A stretch of DNA of 61,003 bases, filler included, from Sphacelaria rigidula (lineage: Eukaryota), in assembly GCA_964200075.2 (NCBI GenBank). It is 7 parts of 7 records of this genome, joined end to end, with 100 filler letters (N's around TTAATTAATTAA, not from the genome) between each part and the next. Parts side by side here need not be neighbours in the genome. Positions count along the whole stretch, not along the records: positions 1 to 8,630 come from CAXNAA020010553.1; positions 8,731 to 17,360 come from CAXNAA020010554.1; 5 more parts are not named here. One strand, 5' to 3'. Positions 1 through 11,504 of this stretch are shown one piece after another. Numbering within the stretch: the first letter of the stretch is position 1; every line of letters begins with the position of its first letter. The translations under genes were made by a program, and so were the position numbers. Below the pieces are notes generated by a model. The model did not search any database. It was not told where the DNA came from and saw only the letters and a program-made list of their open reading frames with translations.

Positions 1-63
1 TCCCAGCATTGCAGGGATGCGAGGTCAATGGTTTTATGACTATGGGATGCATGATCATGAGTC
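1..63 (-). repeat. Terminal fragment of the ~500-bp dispersed repeat seen at 24279-24787 and 31477-31980
   Basis: Reverse complement GGACTCATGATCATGCATCCCATAGTCATAAAACCATTGACCTCGCATCCCTGCA matches 26035-26089 and 31486-31540. Confidence 0.8.
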
Positions 64-417
64 CAAAGTCTGAAGGTATCAACCCATCTCTACCCTGTAA
101 TAGTAGCTGCCTGTCATTTTGCCATCAACGGTTGGAGCACCCGTCCCGCCGAATTCCTTCTCTATTTCTCACTCTGTCTTCTACATCTTCACGATTTGTA
201 TCACGGAAAGCAGACTCTGCTGCCAAAATACCATTATTCATTAGCTGGTCTGGCGGCATAACTGAAACCATTAGATCTGGAAGGAATAGTGTTCGATTCC
301 CATCAAACGCTACGTTTACTGCGGATTATTTCTGCAAGTATCCGATTTCCGTCGTTCGAAGCATAAGGAGGTGAGTAGCGAAAAAGAGTGTGCTTCGTTG
401 AGTATGTTCAGATAAGA

Positions 418-540
418 GTCGACACGGTGCGGGAGTAAGTCATCATCCAATACACGATACCGAAATATAAGGCGTGTACCCGGGGGAGAGATGGGTTGAT
501 CCCTTGAGACCACAGACTTGCCTCAAGGTGGGGGTGGGGA
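418..540. repeat. Dispersed ~130-bp repeat (GTCGACRCGGTGCGGG...GAGAGRTGGGTYGAT...CACRGACTYG); other copies at 19944-20070, 22890-23020 and partial 58871-58890
   Basis: Co-linear matches on three different contigs. Class unresolved (possibly a SINE or LINE end). Confidence 0.75.
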
Positions 541-2439
541 CGGCTTAGAAGTATGACAAACGCGAGGTCAGACCTGCACCAGCCCCAACAAGTCGTAGGT
601 ATGGTAGTAAAACCACCAGGGCTACTACACCAAGTTCACCGTCTTCACAAGCACACCTGTATGTTGTCTAATGTTAGTTACACACAGAACTCGAAACGCG
701 TTCCATCCCCGAGTGCATTGTAACTGATACCCAAAACTGTACCGAGAATGCACCAAGTGCTCCCCTACAAGAGCCCACTCTGTGTCAAACGCCATGTTCT
801 TTTCTTCCGGTATACTCACATCCTCAACGAGGCTCTCGTTATCTCCCCAAGCCGTGTCATACCATGGTCTTCGAACCCACAGGATCAGTAGAGCAGAGTA
901 CCAACAGAAAAGCGTAGCCAACTGTACATCCCACGCAACGCATGACAAATAAGGCAGCAAAAACACGAGATATGTCACAGTTGCAAGCTTTTAATGGCGA
1001 CCATTGTGCAAAATTTCGGACGAGGAAGAGAAAAATAGACGAGTCAGGCACTTGCTACCATTGTATGTGAGGCGATTTATGCTCTTGGATTACCTTCACG
1101 TTCTATTTTTAAGTCAACTTCGACCCTGTATATGGAATACTGAATTTCAGCAGCAGCATCCCAGTGCGCACGAGGGACAAATAACCCCCCCCACACACAC
1201 ACAAACACACACTGCAAACGACAACGAGCAGGCAGGTCAAAATCCTCGGAATGCATCCCCCCTAAATGCATGCATTGTTGCCCGCATTAGAGAGACCGCA
1301 TTCAGGGTCTGTATGGATTTCCTCTCCAAGTTGCTGGTGACTAACAGGTACCCACACCCCCACTGGATGATCAGATATGGTCTGTGCCATCATGCCGCCC
1401 GTGGCGTGTCTTTGCGCCGATAGCGATATCTGCGATGGAGCGATCAGTGGGGTCATCGCTAAGCTCCTTGTCTTGCTCTCACTTGACCACTTGTCACCAT
1501 GATCCAATAATGTAGGGTGGAAGCTGGACACGTTGTCCCTCATGGGAGGAGCACCATCTCTTCGTAATTTTCCTGCGGATTGGTACTCGCCGCGGAATAG
1601 TATGCGCTGTCATATGATCTCACGATAGCCGTCGCCAAAAAGTGAAGAGTGGCGGTTGCCTCTCATTCTAGCTGTACGAGAAGCTGCCATGACACAAACA
1701 CATTGCGACTTGTTGCCTCTCTCTCTTTCTGTCAGTCTTTCTTGACAACCTCAGCTGCTATCGCCGGACAGATGGTGTGAAGACATGTTGAAGACATGAT
1801 GAAGGCATGGCCAAAAACCCCGACGATAGAGCAAGATGACATGCTTCAAACACAACAGCAACAACACACACAGGCACACAACACTGAACCATGATCCTTA
1901 TCCCTTCTTGTCCACTGCAGCCCGAATTTTCAACTCGAGTCCTTCTCGAAATATTTCCAGTTTTTGAGCAGTAAGGGACGGAGGAGGGGGGAAGGTAATT
2001 GTTTTCGCAATATTAGCTTCTGCAAATCCCACATGTATGCTGTATGTCGGGATACTCTTGTTTGTCATCAAGTTCTTTCTATCCCCATGCTCTCACCCAC
2101 CTCCGACATGTGCTCCCAGATGTCCGTGGTGAGCTTGTTAAAGTGTCGACTGGCCAGGCCGAAAATGCACAGGCCCACCGCGGCCATGCTGAACCCCAAA
2201 ACCGCAACCTACGTGACACGACACAGCAAGGCGATGCACGAGACGGACGGAGTGACTTCCATGTGCGATTGAGATTTATTTCTTCATTGATCATCTCACA
2301 TTAGCTGATTGCAACAATTCAGCCCGTGGTCTGAAGCGGGAAAAAAAAAAACGGAATAAGAAAGGAGGAAGGAAAGGAACAGAAAAAGACAGAAGCAACA
2401 GCCACAGAAAAGGAAATCAGAAAGGAAGAAGCGACAAAA

Positions 2440-3966
2440 CAGGCTGGTTCACGGTGATCACCCAAAGAACACTCATCGGCAAAACCTCACGCCGTTTCGA
2501 GGAATTAGACCCTGAAATTTTGCACGAATGTTATACGTGTAATTACGCAACTTTTGACGGTTAGTTTTTTTTTTCACTCTTTGATTTTTTCACCGTTTTT
2601 CGGGGGTCCCAGGTTATTGGGGGAAAAATCGACCCAATCGGACCCCCGTAAAACGGTAACAAAAAGGTAAATAAAAAACCTCAATATTCAAAAAGTTGCG
2701 TGATTATCCATAGGACATTCATGCAAAATTTCAGGGTCTAACTCCTTGAAACGGCGTGAGGTTTTTCGCCTTTGTGCGATAAACTTTGCCGTACCGAGGT
2801 CAAACCGTAAACTACTTGATTTTAGTACCAAAATGGCGGTTTTAGGCCTTGTTTGACGTGAGTATGGAAATTCAAGCATCAGTCGATCGAGTTCTGCGAC
2901 GAAAATTTGTGGAGCCCATCCATGGGTTATGCGGAGGCAGATAGTTCGCGAAAAAATGGAAACAAATATCGTAGTGCCGTTTTCCTGGGGTCCCAGAATA
3001 GAGACTACTTCGAAAAACGACTTCGATCCCGTCGGACCCCCGAAAAACGGTGAAGAACTAAAGGAATACAAAACTCATCGTCCGTAGAAAGTTGCGTAAT
3101 GATGCATAGCATGTTTATGCGAAGTTTCAGGATCTAACTCTCGATGGCAGCGTGAAAGTGTGCGCGTTTGTGGAGGACGTGGGCTTGAAACGTGCAACTA
3201 CTAGCTACTTGGTTTTAGAATGGAAACGGCTTCTGGGGCGAATTTGACGTCAAGGCAAGAAAAACTGTATAAGGTTTTCGAGTTTTTCCACCAAGCTCTG
3301 TACATGTATTCCTTGGACTCTCCCGGGACGCATCTTTTCATTATTTTTCTTTTAGGGTATTCTGTACCACCTTCCGGGGGTCTTCATGCTGGGACCCCCC
3401 GGAAGCTGGTAAAGAACGGAGAAAACATGATACATTCTCAAGAAAACAATTTTTTCATTTGGAGCATCGATACCTACGGAACTGCCAAGTTTGAGGGCGA
3501 TCTGAGCTCTTCTACGACAGATATTGGGGACACCGTCACGAGGCTCCCTGGGTCTTCCGTGCGTATCATTAGTGGATATTAGACGACGCCAACACCCGAT
3601 ATCACCGAAACATCACGGTTTCGGGTATAATTCGACCCCCGTAGAAACAGTTTTAAAAGTATGTTTTTCTCGTTAGATTCTCGTGTCGATGATAGTTACC
3701 ACGATTTGAAGCATGTAGACATTGGGTGAAAATTGGGGTTGGTATTCGTAATTTAGGTCTCGGACCAGTTTGAAGGGCGCTGATCGGCTGAGACATATTT
3801 TCTTCCATAGCGCCATCGCTACGGCCTTAAACAAAAATCCGGCTATGTTACCCTCTTCGTCTCTTCATTGCGGTCAGTATGATACCATATATGCGACTAT
3901 TGGGTGCGTATTGCGGAAGGTATTTGCTGATGACACAATTTTGGGTGATCACCGTGAACCAACCTG
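2440..3966 (+). mobile_element. Non-autonomous DNA transposon, ~1.5 kb, Tc1/mariner-like (copy A)
   Basis: 27-bp TIRs CAGGYTGGTTCACGGTGATCACCCAAA at 2440-2466 and 3940-3966 (1 mismatch). TA on the right flank, AA on the left. An internal ~75-bp subrepeat occurs in both orientations (2481-2556, 2690-2765, ~3088-3160). No transposase ORF. Confidence 0.85.
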
Positions 3967-4695
3967 TAGCAGTAATAACAGTAGTAGCAGCGATAAAAAT
4001 AACAACCAACACACACAAACACAAACACAAAAAGATGACAATCTCGCATTACGTAGCTGATTGCAACACTCCAGCTCGTGATGAGAAAAAAAATGAAGAA
4101 AATTGAAAGAAAGAAAAAATACAAGAACAAAAAGGAGTACAAGAGAAAAGAAGACAGAGCCTGGCTCGTTTCCTGGGGGGGGGGGGGTTGCACAAACAAA
4201 ACAAAAAAAATATACAAGAATCCACCAGGAACGAGAGAAAAATCAGAGATACAAGGTAACCAAACGCAATGTTTTATGTATCTAGCGTAGATTGGGGACC
4301 AAACTACGAAGGATATTCAGATATTCATGACGTAAAACTAGAAGCTCTAGTCGCAATCTAAAAGTGTTTAACAACAACGCAAGAAAAAATGATGACGTGG
4401 AAAAAACAACACAGACGCGATACAATAAAAAAATAAGTGATGATGAAACCACAAGATCGGGTGCCGCAGGCGACCATTTGGACTAATAGAGATAGAGCCC
4501 AACGTTCCCACTCGACACGTGATCCAAGCAAAAAACGAAGAAATCAAGTAACGAAGGTCACCAACCATACAAAACAAATTGCATGGTTCTATTCTTTTGT
4601 ACAAAGCATATCATTCCGACATGTCAGAATCCGCCTACCCCTTCCTCATCCCGGCGAAAAAACGTCGCAAAAAGACCCAAAAGTCACTTCTCCTA

Positions 4696-7563
4696 CGAGA
4701 TGGTTCACGGTGATCACCCAAATTGTTAGAGGTGCTAATCGGGGCCAAAATAGATATGAAATTTTTGCAAAGAGTGCCCTGGATCTTCCTGACGAAAAAT
4801 TGCACAAGCCTATGAGATGGGAATAATCCGTCCAGTCGATCGGCGAAGAAACGAATGGGCCGCCCGGTCGGTTGGGAATGGAAGCGAAGAAGGCCATCTG
4901 CACCCATGACACGCACGCGTCCCTGCTGCATTGCATCGCCAGTACGGTCTGTTCATCATTCATTTTCACGTCAAAACTGTGACAATGCAACACAGACAGA
5001 TGACCCGCCCAAAAGGGTGCCCGTCTGTATAGGTCGAGACAAAGCCGATCGAAAACGCACAGAAAAATGCAGCAGTGCAATGCTTTACAGTACAGTACAG
5101 TGTTGTCTTCCCTCTCCCACCCGTTGCGTTCGTTCCGTTTGTCTGTGGGTGTCACCAAGGATCGACTGCACGACTGCACGAAACTCTCCGACACCGCCAT
5201 CCCTTCCTGCCTCCAGTTGCAAAAAAGTACTTGGGTTGCGGTGGGCATTCATTTTTGAAGTAAATAGTTCGCCCACAACAAGCACAACTGACCCATCATG
5301 AGGTGGCTGCTGTCTGTGTAAATTAACAAAGCCGAAAAACACCGCACAGCAAAGTACAATCAGTACAGTGCAGCGCAGTGCAGCACGATGTTAGCTTCTC
5401 TGTGCCCCCCGCCGCATTATTCCCTTCTGTGGGTATCGTCGAGTATCGGATTACTCTTTGGGAGGTCGTCACTCTTCCCGCCAGCTATAAAAGTGACGCT
5501 TGATCGCCAGGATGATATCTTGTGTTCATTTTTCAAGTCAAAATTTCTGGAGACGGTCGCCTCTTCCCAAAACTAAACGGCTCTAAAGTTGAACTCTCCG
5601 ACCCCCTGTTTAGGTCATCTGGGTCTTGCACTCATTTTTCAAGTGAAAAGTATGCCGATACGACATATGCCCGACCCTGGGTTGAGTGGAGGGTGAGGGA
5701 CATCTGTCGGTGTTTTCCTAATGTACAAGCTCAAGTCGCAGCACGGAGGCAGTGGACGCCGTACATCGAACATGGCGGTACCGATACAATTAACACCAGA
5801 GACGAAGAGGAGAGCACAATTCGATCACCATGATGTTGAACGCTCCAGTAAACGCAATGCGTTTTACCTTGGGTTTCTTATGCAGCTGTGTGCACGAGCG
5901 GCGGGGTATCATTTTTGCACATGCGTACGCACCGAAGTAAAGTTACTCCGCGACCGATTCAGATCTGCCCCCCCCCACGTTTGCATGATCACGAGTACAC
6001 CCACGTTTCCCTACGAGCCCCTTCTGGCTGTGACTATTCTTCACTTGAACTTGTTGGGGATGGTGCGTTGCTCAGGACATACTCCATCGATGGATCAGTT
6101 TAATCCGGGCGGTTCTCCACGGTTACGTGCGCGATTCGAGCGCCGGTTGTTGCGTCGGGTGCGCACAACCCCAATGCACTGCACTGCAGCCTTCATTTCA
6201 GGGCACGTCTCGCAGTCGGATCAGTAAGCCGGAAATTATATTTAAATTATATGTTTTTTTCAGGTTTAGGGTGTGCGCCTTCGAAGATGGAGGATAAGGC
6301 ACACGCCATGGGCTGCGTGTGGAGGGTCAGCAACAGGATTTAGGGTGTGAACAGGGAGGGTGTTGCCTGCGCGCGCGATCAACCCGTCAAGAGATTGAAT
6401 TGTATAAGCAAGTGTATTTGGGCGGAGCATCCCAAGACATGAAAGGAAAAGGGGAATTTTTGTCTGTGGTCGTTTTGATTTCCTCGAACAACCCAGACAC
6501 GTTTTTGGCCCCGATTAGCACCTCTATTTGTGTCATCAGCAAATGCCTTCCGCAATACGCACCCAATAGTCGCATGCATGGCATCATACTGAGCGCAATG
6601 AAGAAATGAAGAGGGTGACACAGCCTGATTTTCATTCAAGGCCGTAGCGGTGGCGCTATGGAAGAAAATGTGTGTCAGCCGATCAGCGCCCTTCAAACTG
6701 GTCCGAGATCTAAATTACGAATACCAAGTCCAAATTTCACCCAATCTCTCCATGCTTCAAATCGTAGTAACCGTCATCGGCACGGGAATCTAACGCGAAA
6801 AACATACTTTTAAAACTGTTGCTACGGGGGTCGAATTATACCCGAAACTGTGATGTTTCGGTGATGTGTGTTGGCGTCGTCCAATTTCCACTAATGATAC
6901 GCACGGAAGACCAACGAAGCCTCGTGACGGTGTCCCCTATATCGGTCGTAAAAAAGCTCAGATCGTCCTCAAACTTGGCAGTTCCGTAGGTATTGATGCT
7001 CCAAATGGAAAAATTGCATTCTAGACGACGTTTCATGGTTACTTCGTTCTCTAACGGCTTCCGGGGGTTCCAGTATGAAGACCCTCGGAAGGCGGTACAG
7101 AATGCCCTAAAAGAAAAGAAAGAAAATGATGCGTCACGGGATAGTCCAAGGAACACATGTACAAAGTTTGGAGAAGAAAATTGCAAAGCCCATACAGTTT
7201 TCTTGCCTTGACGTCAAATTCACCCCAAAAGACGTTTCCATACTAAAACCAACGAGTCAGGAGTTGCACGTTTCAAGCCCACGTCCTCCACAAACGCGCA
7301 AACTTTCACGCCGTTTTGAGGAGTTGGATCCTGAAACTTTGCACAGCTGTTCTATGGGTGATTACGCAACTCCTGGAAGAACGAGGTTTTTCGGAAAGAA
7401 AAATGCCGTTTTGCGGGGGTCTGATTGGATCGATGTTTTCCCTAAGAAATGGGGCCCCCTGCAAAACGGTGAGAAAAGTCAAGAAGTCGAAAAACTTCGT
7501 TCTTCGAAAGTTGCGTCATCACCCATAGAATATCCGCGCATAATTTCTGGGTCTAAATGCTTG
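4696..7563 (-). mobile_element. Second, inverted copy (B) of the same element, split by an insertion and lacking its far TIR
   Basis: TA followed by CGAGATGGTTCACGGTGATCACCCAAA at 4694-4722. 6527-~7390 is the reverse complement of ~3070-3939, and 7405-7563 of ~2505-2655. The ORF track shows the same peptide at 3770+ and 6696-. Confidence 0.85.
4727..6526. mobile_element. 1800-bp non-autonomous TIR element inserted into copy B
   Basis: Perfect 24-bp TIRs TAGAGGTGCTAATCGGGGCCAAAA (4727-4750, 6503-6526). Flanks ATTGT/TTTGT look like a 5-bp TSD. Removing the element restores the host sequence seen in copy A. Confidence 0.88.
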
Positions 7564-8630
7564 ACCCTTTTGGAACCCTCCCCTCCCGTCCCCGAGCCAG
7601 ACGCATTCTTTTTTTTTCCCATATATCGTGTCGCCCTCTGAGTCCCCGTCACAGTACTCCCCCCTTAACGTGTCTCACATTTTCTTTTTATTGTGGTATC
7701 TTGTTTTGCTTCTTTTATTTTATTTTTTCTGTGGTGTGGGGGAATGGAATGTGTGGGTAAAGCAACCTCGTTTCACTGCGTTCTCCTGCGATTGTTTTTA
7801 CCCATTGGAGGACGTAGCCATGATCTTGGGCAAGAGTGACATTGAATGATGGACATTTTCATCTTCAAATAGCGGGAAATTGGCTACCCGTTGGGTTGAC
7901 GTTCTACGGAGAGTATGTATTTAAATTCGAAAAAAAAAAGTAGTGACCCAACCATGGCATGTATTGAGGAGCCCGGCTCTTGGATTTTATGATATGACCT
8001 CAGTTTATGTTGATTTAGGGAGCGGCGAAACACGTTTGAATAAGCAGCTCCTACGAGCGTCACTCTCTCCTTTCATTCCCGGTTTTTGGCTGCGATTCAA
8101 CAGTTCCCCGGTGGAGTATCTACGAACCGGGAGAAAGTGAGTCTCAGAGATAAGAGCAGTAGTCGGGCTGCTGTTTGGTCTGGCGTGTTTTATTGATTGA
8201 GGTTTCGGCTTGTTTCGATTTGTGTTGTACCTCCCTCTGCTGTAGATGAAGCTGGATGCAATCAATTGCGTGATAAAAGTGCTATTCTGGTCTGTATTAT
8301 TTGCTTGCTGTCTCCTTGTGTGAATGCAACACGAGAGCGACTGTGGTCAGCTTGCGCTACTGAGCTGAGTAAACAACGTACACAGAGGTCTGAACCTGGA
8401 ACAATCGTGGTGAACACCATTACACCCTTCTCAAGGTGTCACACCCTCATCACATCACAGCCTCATTATGAGAAGCCCTCACAAAGAAGACAAGATGGAA
8501 ACAGAAAAGACCGACGGCAACCATTTTTACTGTGGAGGACCGAAGAAGACTCCAGACGCACACGTCATGGATGTACCGAAAATGAAAGCCCGGAGCGGTC
8601 GGATTGAGTTTGTCCAATGATATCACGCGA

Positions 8631-8730
8631 NNNNNNNNNNNNNNNNNNNNNNNNNNNNNNNNNNNNNNNNNNNNTTAATTAATTAANNNNNNNNNNNNNN
8701 NNNNNNNNNNNNNNNNNNNNNNNNNNNNNN
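8631..8730. other. Artificial 100-nt contig spacer (N44-TTAATTAATTAA-N44); the same spacer occurs at 17361-17460, 26090-26189, 34819-34918, 43548-43647 and 52276-52375
   Basis: Six identical N blocks with a six-frame stop linker. The segments between them are 8630/8630/8629/8629/8629/8628/8628 bp, i.e. contigs sorted by length. Confidence 0.98.
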
Positions 8731-9387
8731 AAAATGTAATATCATTATTTATGTCGGATCGGCACCCACAGCTGTTTCAAAAGTCTTTCTCGTCCCCTCG
8801 AGAGATACCCCCCCCCCCCAACAACCCCCCAACAACCCCCTCCCCCGCCGCCCTGCTCCGCCTCGAAAGGGATGCGCGGTCAATTGTCAAACGACTAACT
8901 TAGTAAGGCAACAAGCAACAAATATGAGTACTGTACGCCCCCCCGCCTCCCCCTCACGGGCGCCCTGATGCCCCTCTCCGAGAAGGGTGTGGCACGCACA
9001 ATAATATTTAACATGTTTGTAGACATTCTTTCACACCTACCCGCGCATGAACATATGGCGTGCATGGTGTGGCCCGTCATGCAGAAGCAGGGAAAACTGG
9101 GACTGATTGCATCATCGCAGGTAGACGCGTGACGAGTAGTAATGCTACGGTAGGGGTGCACTTTTTGCGCAAAATGTTATCTGATTCAGGGGCTCCTCCT
9201 GACGATTCCAGATGCACAAGAATATGGGTTAGGGCATCCCCGCTTGCAAGTTCATTCGGGATATCCCTAGCATATTGGAATAGCAATCCTGGCGTACTCT
9301 CACATATTTCATCAGTCGTGTTTTGGATTAGATAAAGGGCACCTAACAATTCTAAGCTCAGAAAATGTGTGTGCAGCAAGTGTTGAA

Positions 9388-9489
9388 CCCTCCAACCGCA
9401 GAGTAATTAAGTTATCTGATGGAATGTTCTCATGTTTCAAGTAAAATTGATGCTGGTTCGATAGATGACCTACGCTCACGGTCAAAGGG
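9388..9489 (-). mobile_element. ~100-bp piggyBac-like MITE
   Basis: CCCT...GGTCAAAGGG termini with TGAA/ATAA flanks. Reverse-complement match to 11319-11416 and 31982-32083. Confidence 0.65.
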
Positions 9490-10030
9490 ATAACATACCA
9501 CAAGTATGACACAACAAAGTCAGCACTGCTGTGCTTGGAATCGTTGAACCTGATTTTTTCTCTGCACTACTACACTACAGTTAGTAGGAGATGTGACGCA
9601 GTATTGAATGCTGAAGCAAACCCGGTTCAAAACGCTTTACCAACCACGCGTGCCGCAGCATCGAGGAAAACGTGATGTGGCAATTCAAGAGTCTCGGAGC
9701 GGGGAGATACCAACATGTTATTTGCAGGTGCTTCGTATCACGGTTTTTCGCCGAATCATGCGGGCACTAAATGGTGCCTTTGTCGTGAGATCATCTGCGC
9801 GCAGTGTTGGGACTCTGCGAGAAGATGCTGCGGGACAAGTAAATGTGGGGTTGAAGTTCAAGCCCATCCCGCCGGCGCGAAGCACTCCTATTTTTGTCGT
9901 TATTGTTGTCCTGCTGCATGCTGTGATGTACTGTACTGTCTGTTGTCTGACTAAATGAAGAAGCTGCCGCCCCTCGGAATCACTCCGTCTCTATCGCTAT
10001 CCATCTTTGTACTCGTATGACAGACAGTTC

Positions 10031-10245
10031 TATAAGATGAGATTGTACACTAAAATGAGGTTCAAGCCTAAAACGGTGCTTTCTTCACAGCGCTGTATGG
10101 CCACAGAGTCGGTAAAATGCGCTGAAAAAGTATCTACGCGATCGAGGGGAATTAGGTCGACAAAAACGTTATTATTGGGCGCCATCGCTGAAAGTGTGGA
10201 GGAAACACTGTTGTGGGCTTGAACCTCGTGTACAACCTCATTATA
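10031..10245. mobile_element. ~210-bp MITE-like element
   Basis: ATGAGATTGTACAC...GAGGTTCAAGCCTA is inverted against TGGGCTTGAACCTCGTGTACAACCTCAT. A related left end occurs at 43500-43547. Confidence 0.55.
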
Positions 10246-10673
10246 TACAACTATGTGCTGTACAGTATATGGAACACATAGAGAACAGTACAATAGTAGT
10301 CGTCAGGGCAAGCATATTTGCTGTCGAAATCTTATGGAAAGTCGCACGGGAGATACACCAACCAGCTTTAGACAAGACGGTAGCAGCATTTCTCGCTCGA
10401 CGGCAGTTACAAAAAATATTGGGGTCATCAGTGCCGCGGACGGCCCAGTTGCCGTTTTTGACGAGTCGCGCATGCGGTTCAGTACAGCGAAGCAACTGTG
10501 TACAAAACACACAGTTGTAAGGAACGCGTCGTAGCACGGGCGGACGGGCAGTCTACAGCAGAACACGGAATCCATGAACGGTATAGGATATAGTACAAAG
10601 CTTAGGGTATGGCATACAGACCTGGTCTGTATGTCATACCCTTTGGTACAACGGTCTAATTCGGCAGTGAAAG

Positions 10674-10801
10674 ATCTTCACGCATCTCACCGCTTGCGGT
10701 GTGGTCCGCTGTGCGCTGTTCGTGGGTTGCAACTGGCATCTTCACGCATCGTTCCGCTTGCGGTGTGGTCCGCTGTGCGCTGTCCGTGGATTGCAACTGG
10801 C
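10674..10801 (+). repeat. Tandem duplication, 2 x 64 bp
   Basis: The unit ATCTTCACGCATC...CGCTTGCGGTGTGGTCCGCTGTGCGCTGTYCGTGGRTTGCAACTGGC occurs at 10674-10737 and 10738-10801. Confidence 0.92.
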
Positions 10802-11318
10802 AGAATGTCGGCATTCTAGGTAGACAGACCTGTTGCCCCTTGAATACTTCCAACCGTTTGAGTGCCCGTAGATGTACAGTACACCCAACTCACTCAGCTA
10901 ATGAACGCGACGCCGACTCAGTAGGTGGACACATCAGATTGGGCAAAGGCTTCAGCGCTCGCACACGCTACCAGGCACGAATTTATAAAGAAATAAGACT
11001 ATCCCGTCTCACAAGAGTATCTTGCCGTGTATTCGGCCGCGTTCCGCAATGTCATGAATCTACGCAGGCAAGGATTACGCAAGCTGCCAAGCTAATTGAC
11101 CCTCGCACGTCCAAACTGCAGTAGAGTTTACCACTTGTCTCAAACTGTTCTCGTTCTCGCTGGCTGGAAGAAATCTCACATATGAGCACTAAGCACAACA
11201 GTGATACGGATGTAGCTAGCACATGCACCGTAGGGCCTCAGTTTCCATCGCACTGTTATTCCAGGATTTTCCAGGATTTTCCTTGAGATCATCATCGAAG
11301 ATACGACGGCTAAAATAA

Positions 11319-11416
11319 CCCTTGGACAATGAGAGTAGGTCATCTGTTGAATCGGCATCGATTTCACTTGAAAAAATGATACATGGTCCAGATGCACTAC
11401 GCTCCTGGTCCAAGGG
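11319..11416 (+). mobile_element. ~100-bp piggyBac-like MITE; truncated copies start at 11944 (after TTAA) and 12546
   Basis: TIR CCCTTGGAC...GTCCAAGGG with ATAA/TTTA flanks. Shared core GTTGAATCRG...TCACTTGAAAAA. Confidence 0.72.
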
Positions 11417-11504
11417 TTTATTCCGGTGTGATTGGCCAACAGCGTTATTATTGGAAGTATGAGTAGGGTTTTCGGTTCTTGGTTTTTTCTCGCGGAGCGA
11501 TGCG

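Noticed and set aside
3770-6696. Apparent paralogous small proteins MKGADRL... (3770 + and 6696 -)
   Set aside because: They are translations of two inverted copies of a non-coding transposon, start at TTG, and diverge at the element boundary.
8675-8686. Periodic TTAATTAATTAA motif every ~8.73 kb
   Set aside because: Assembly linker embedded in N runs.
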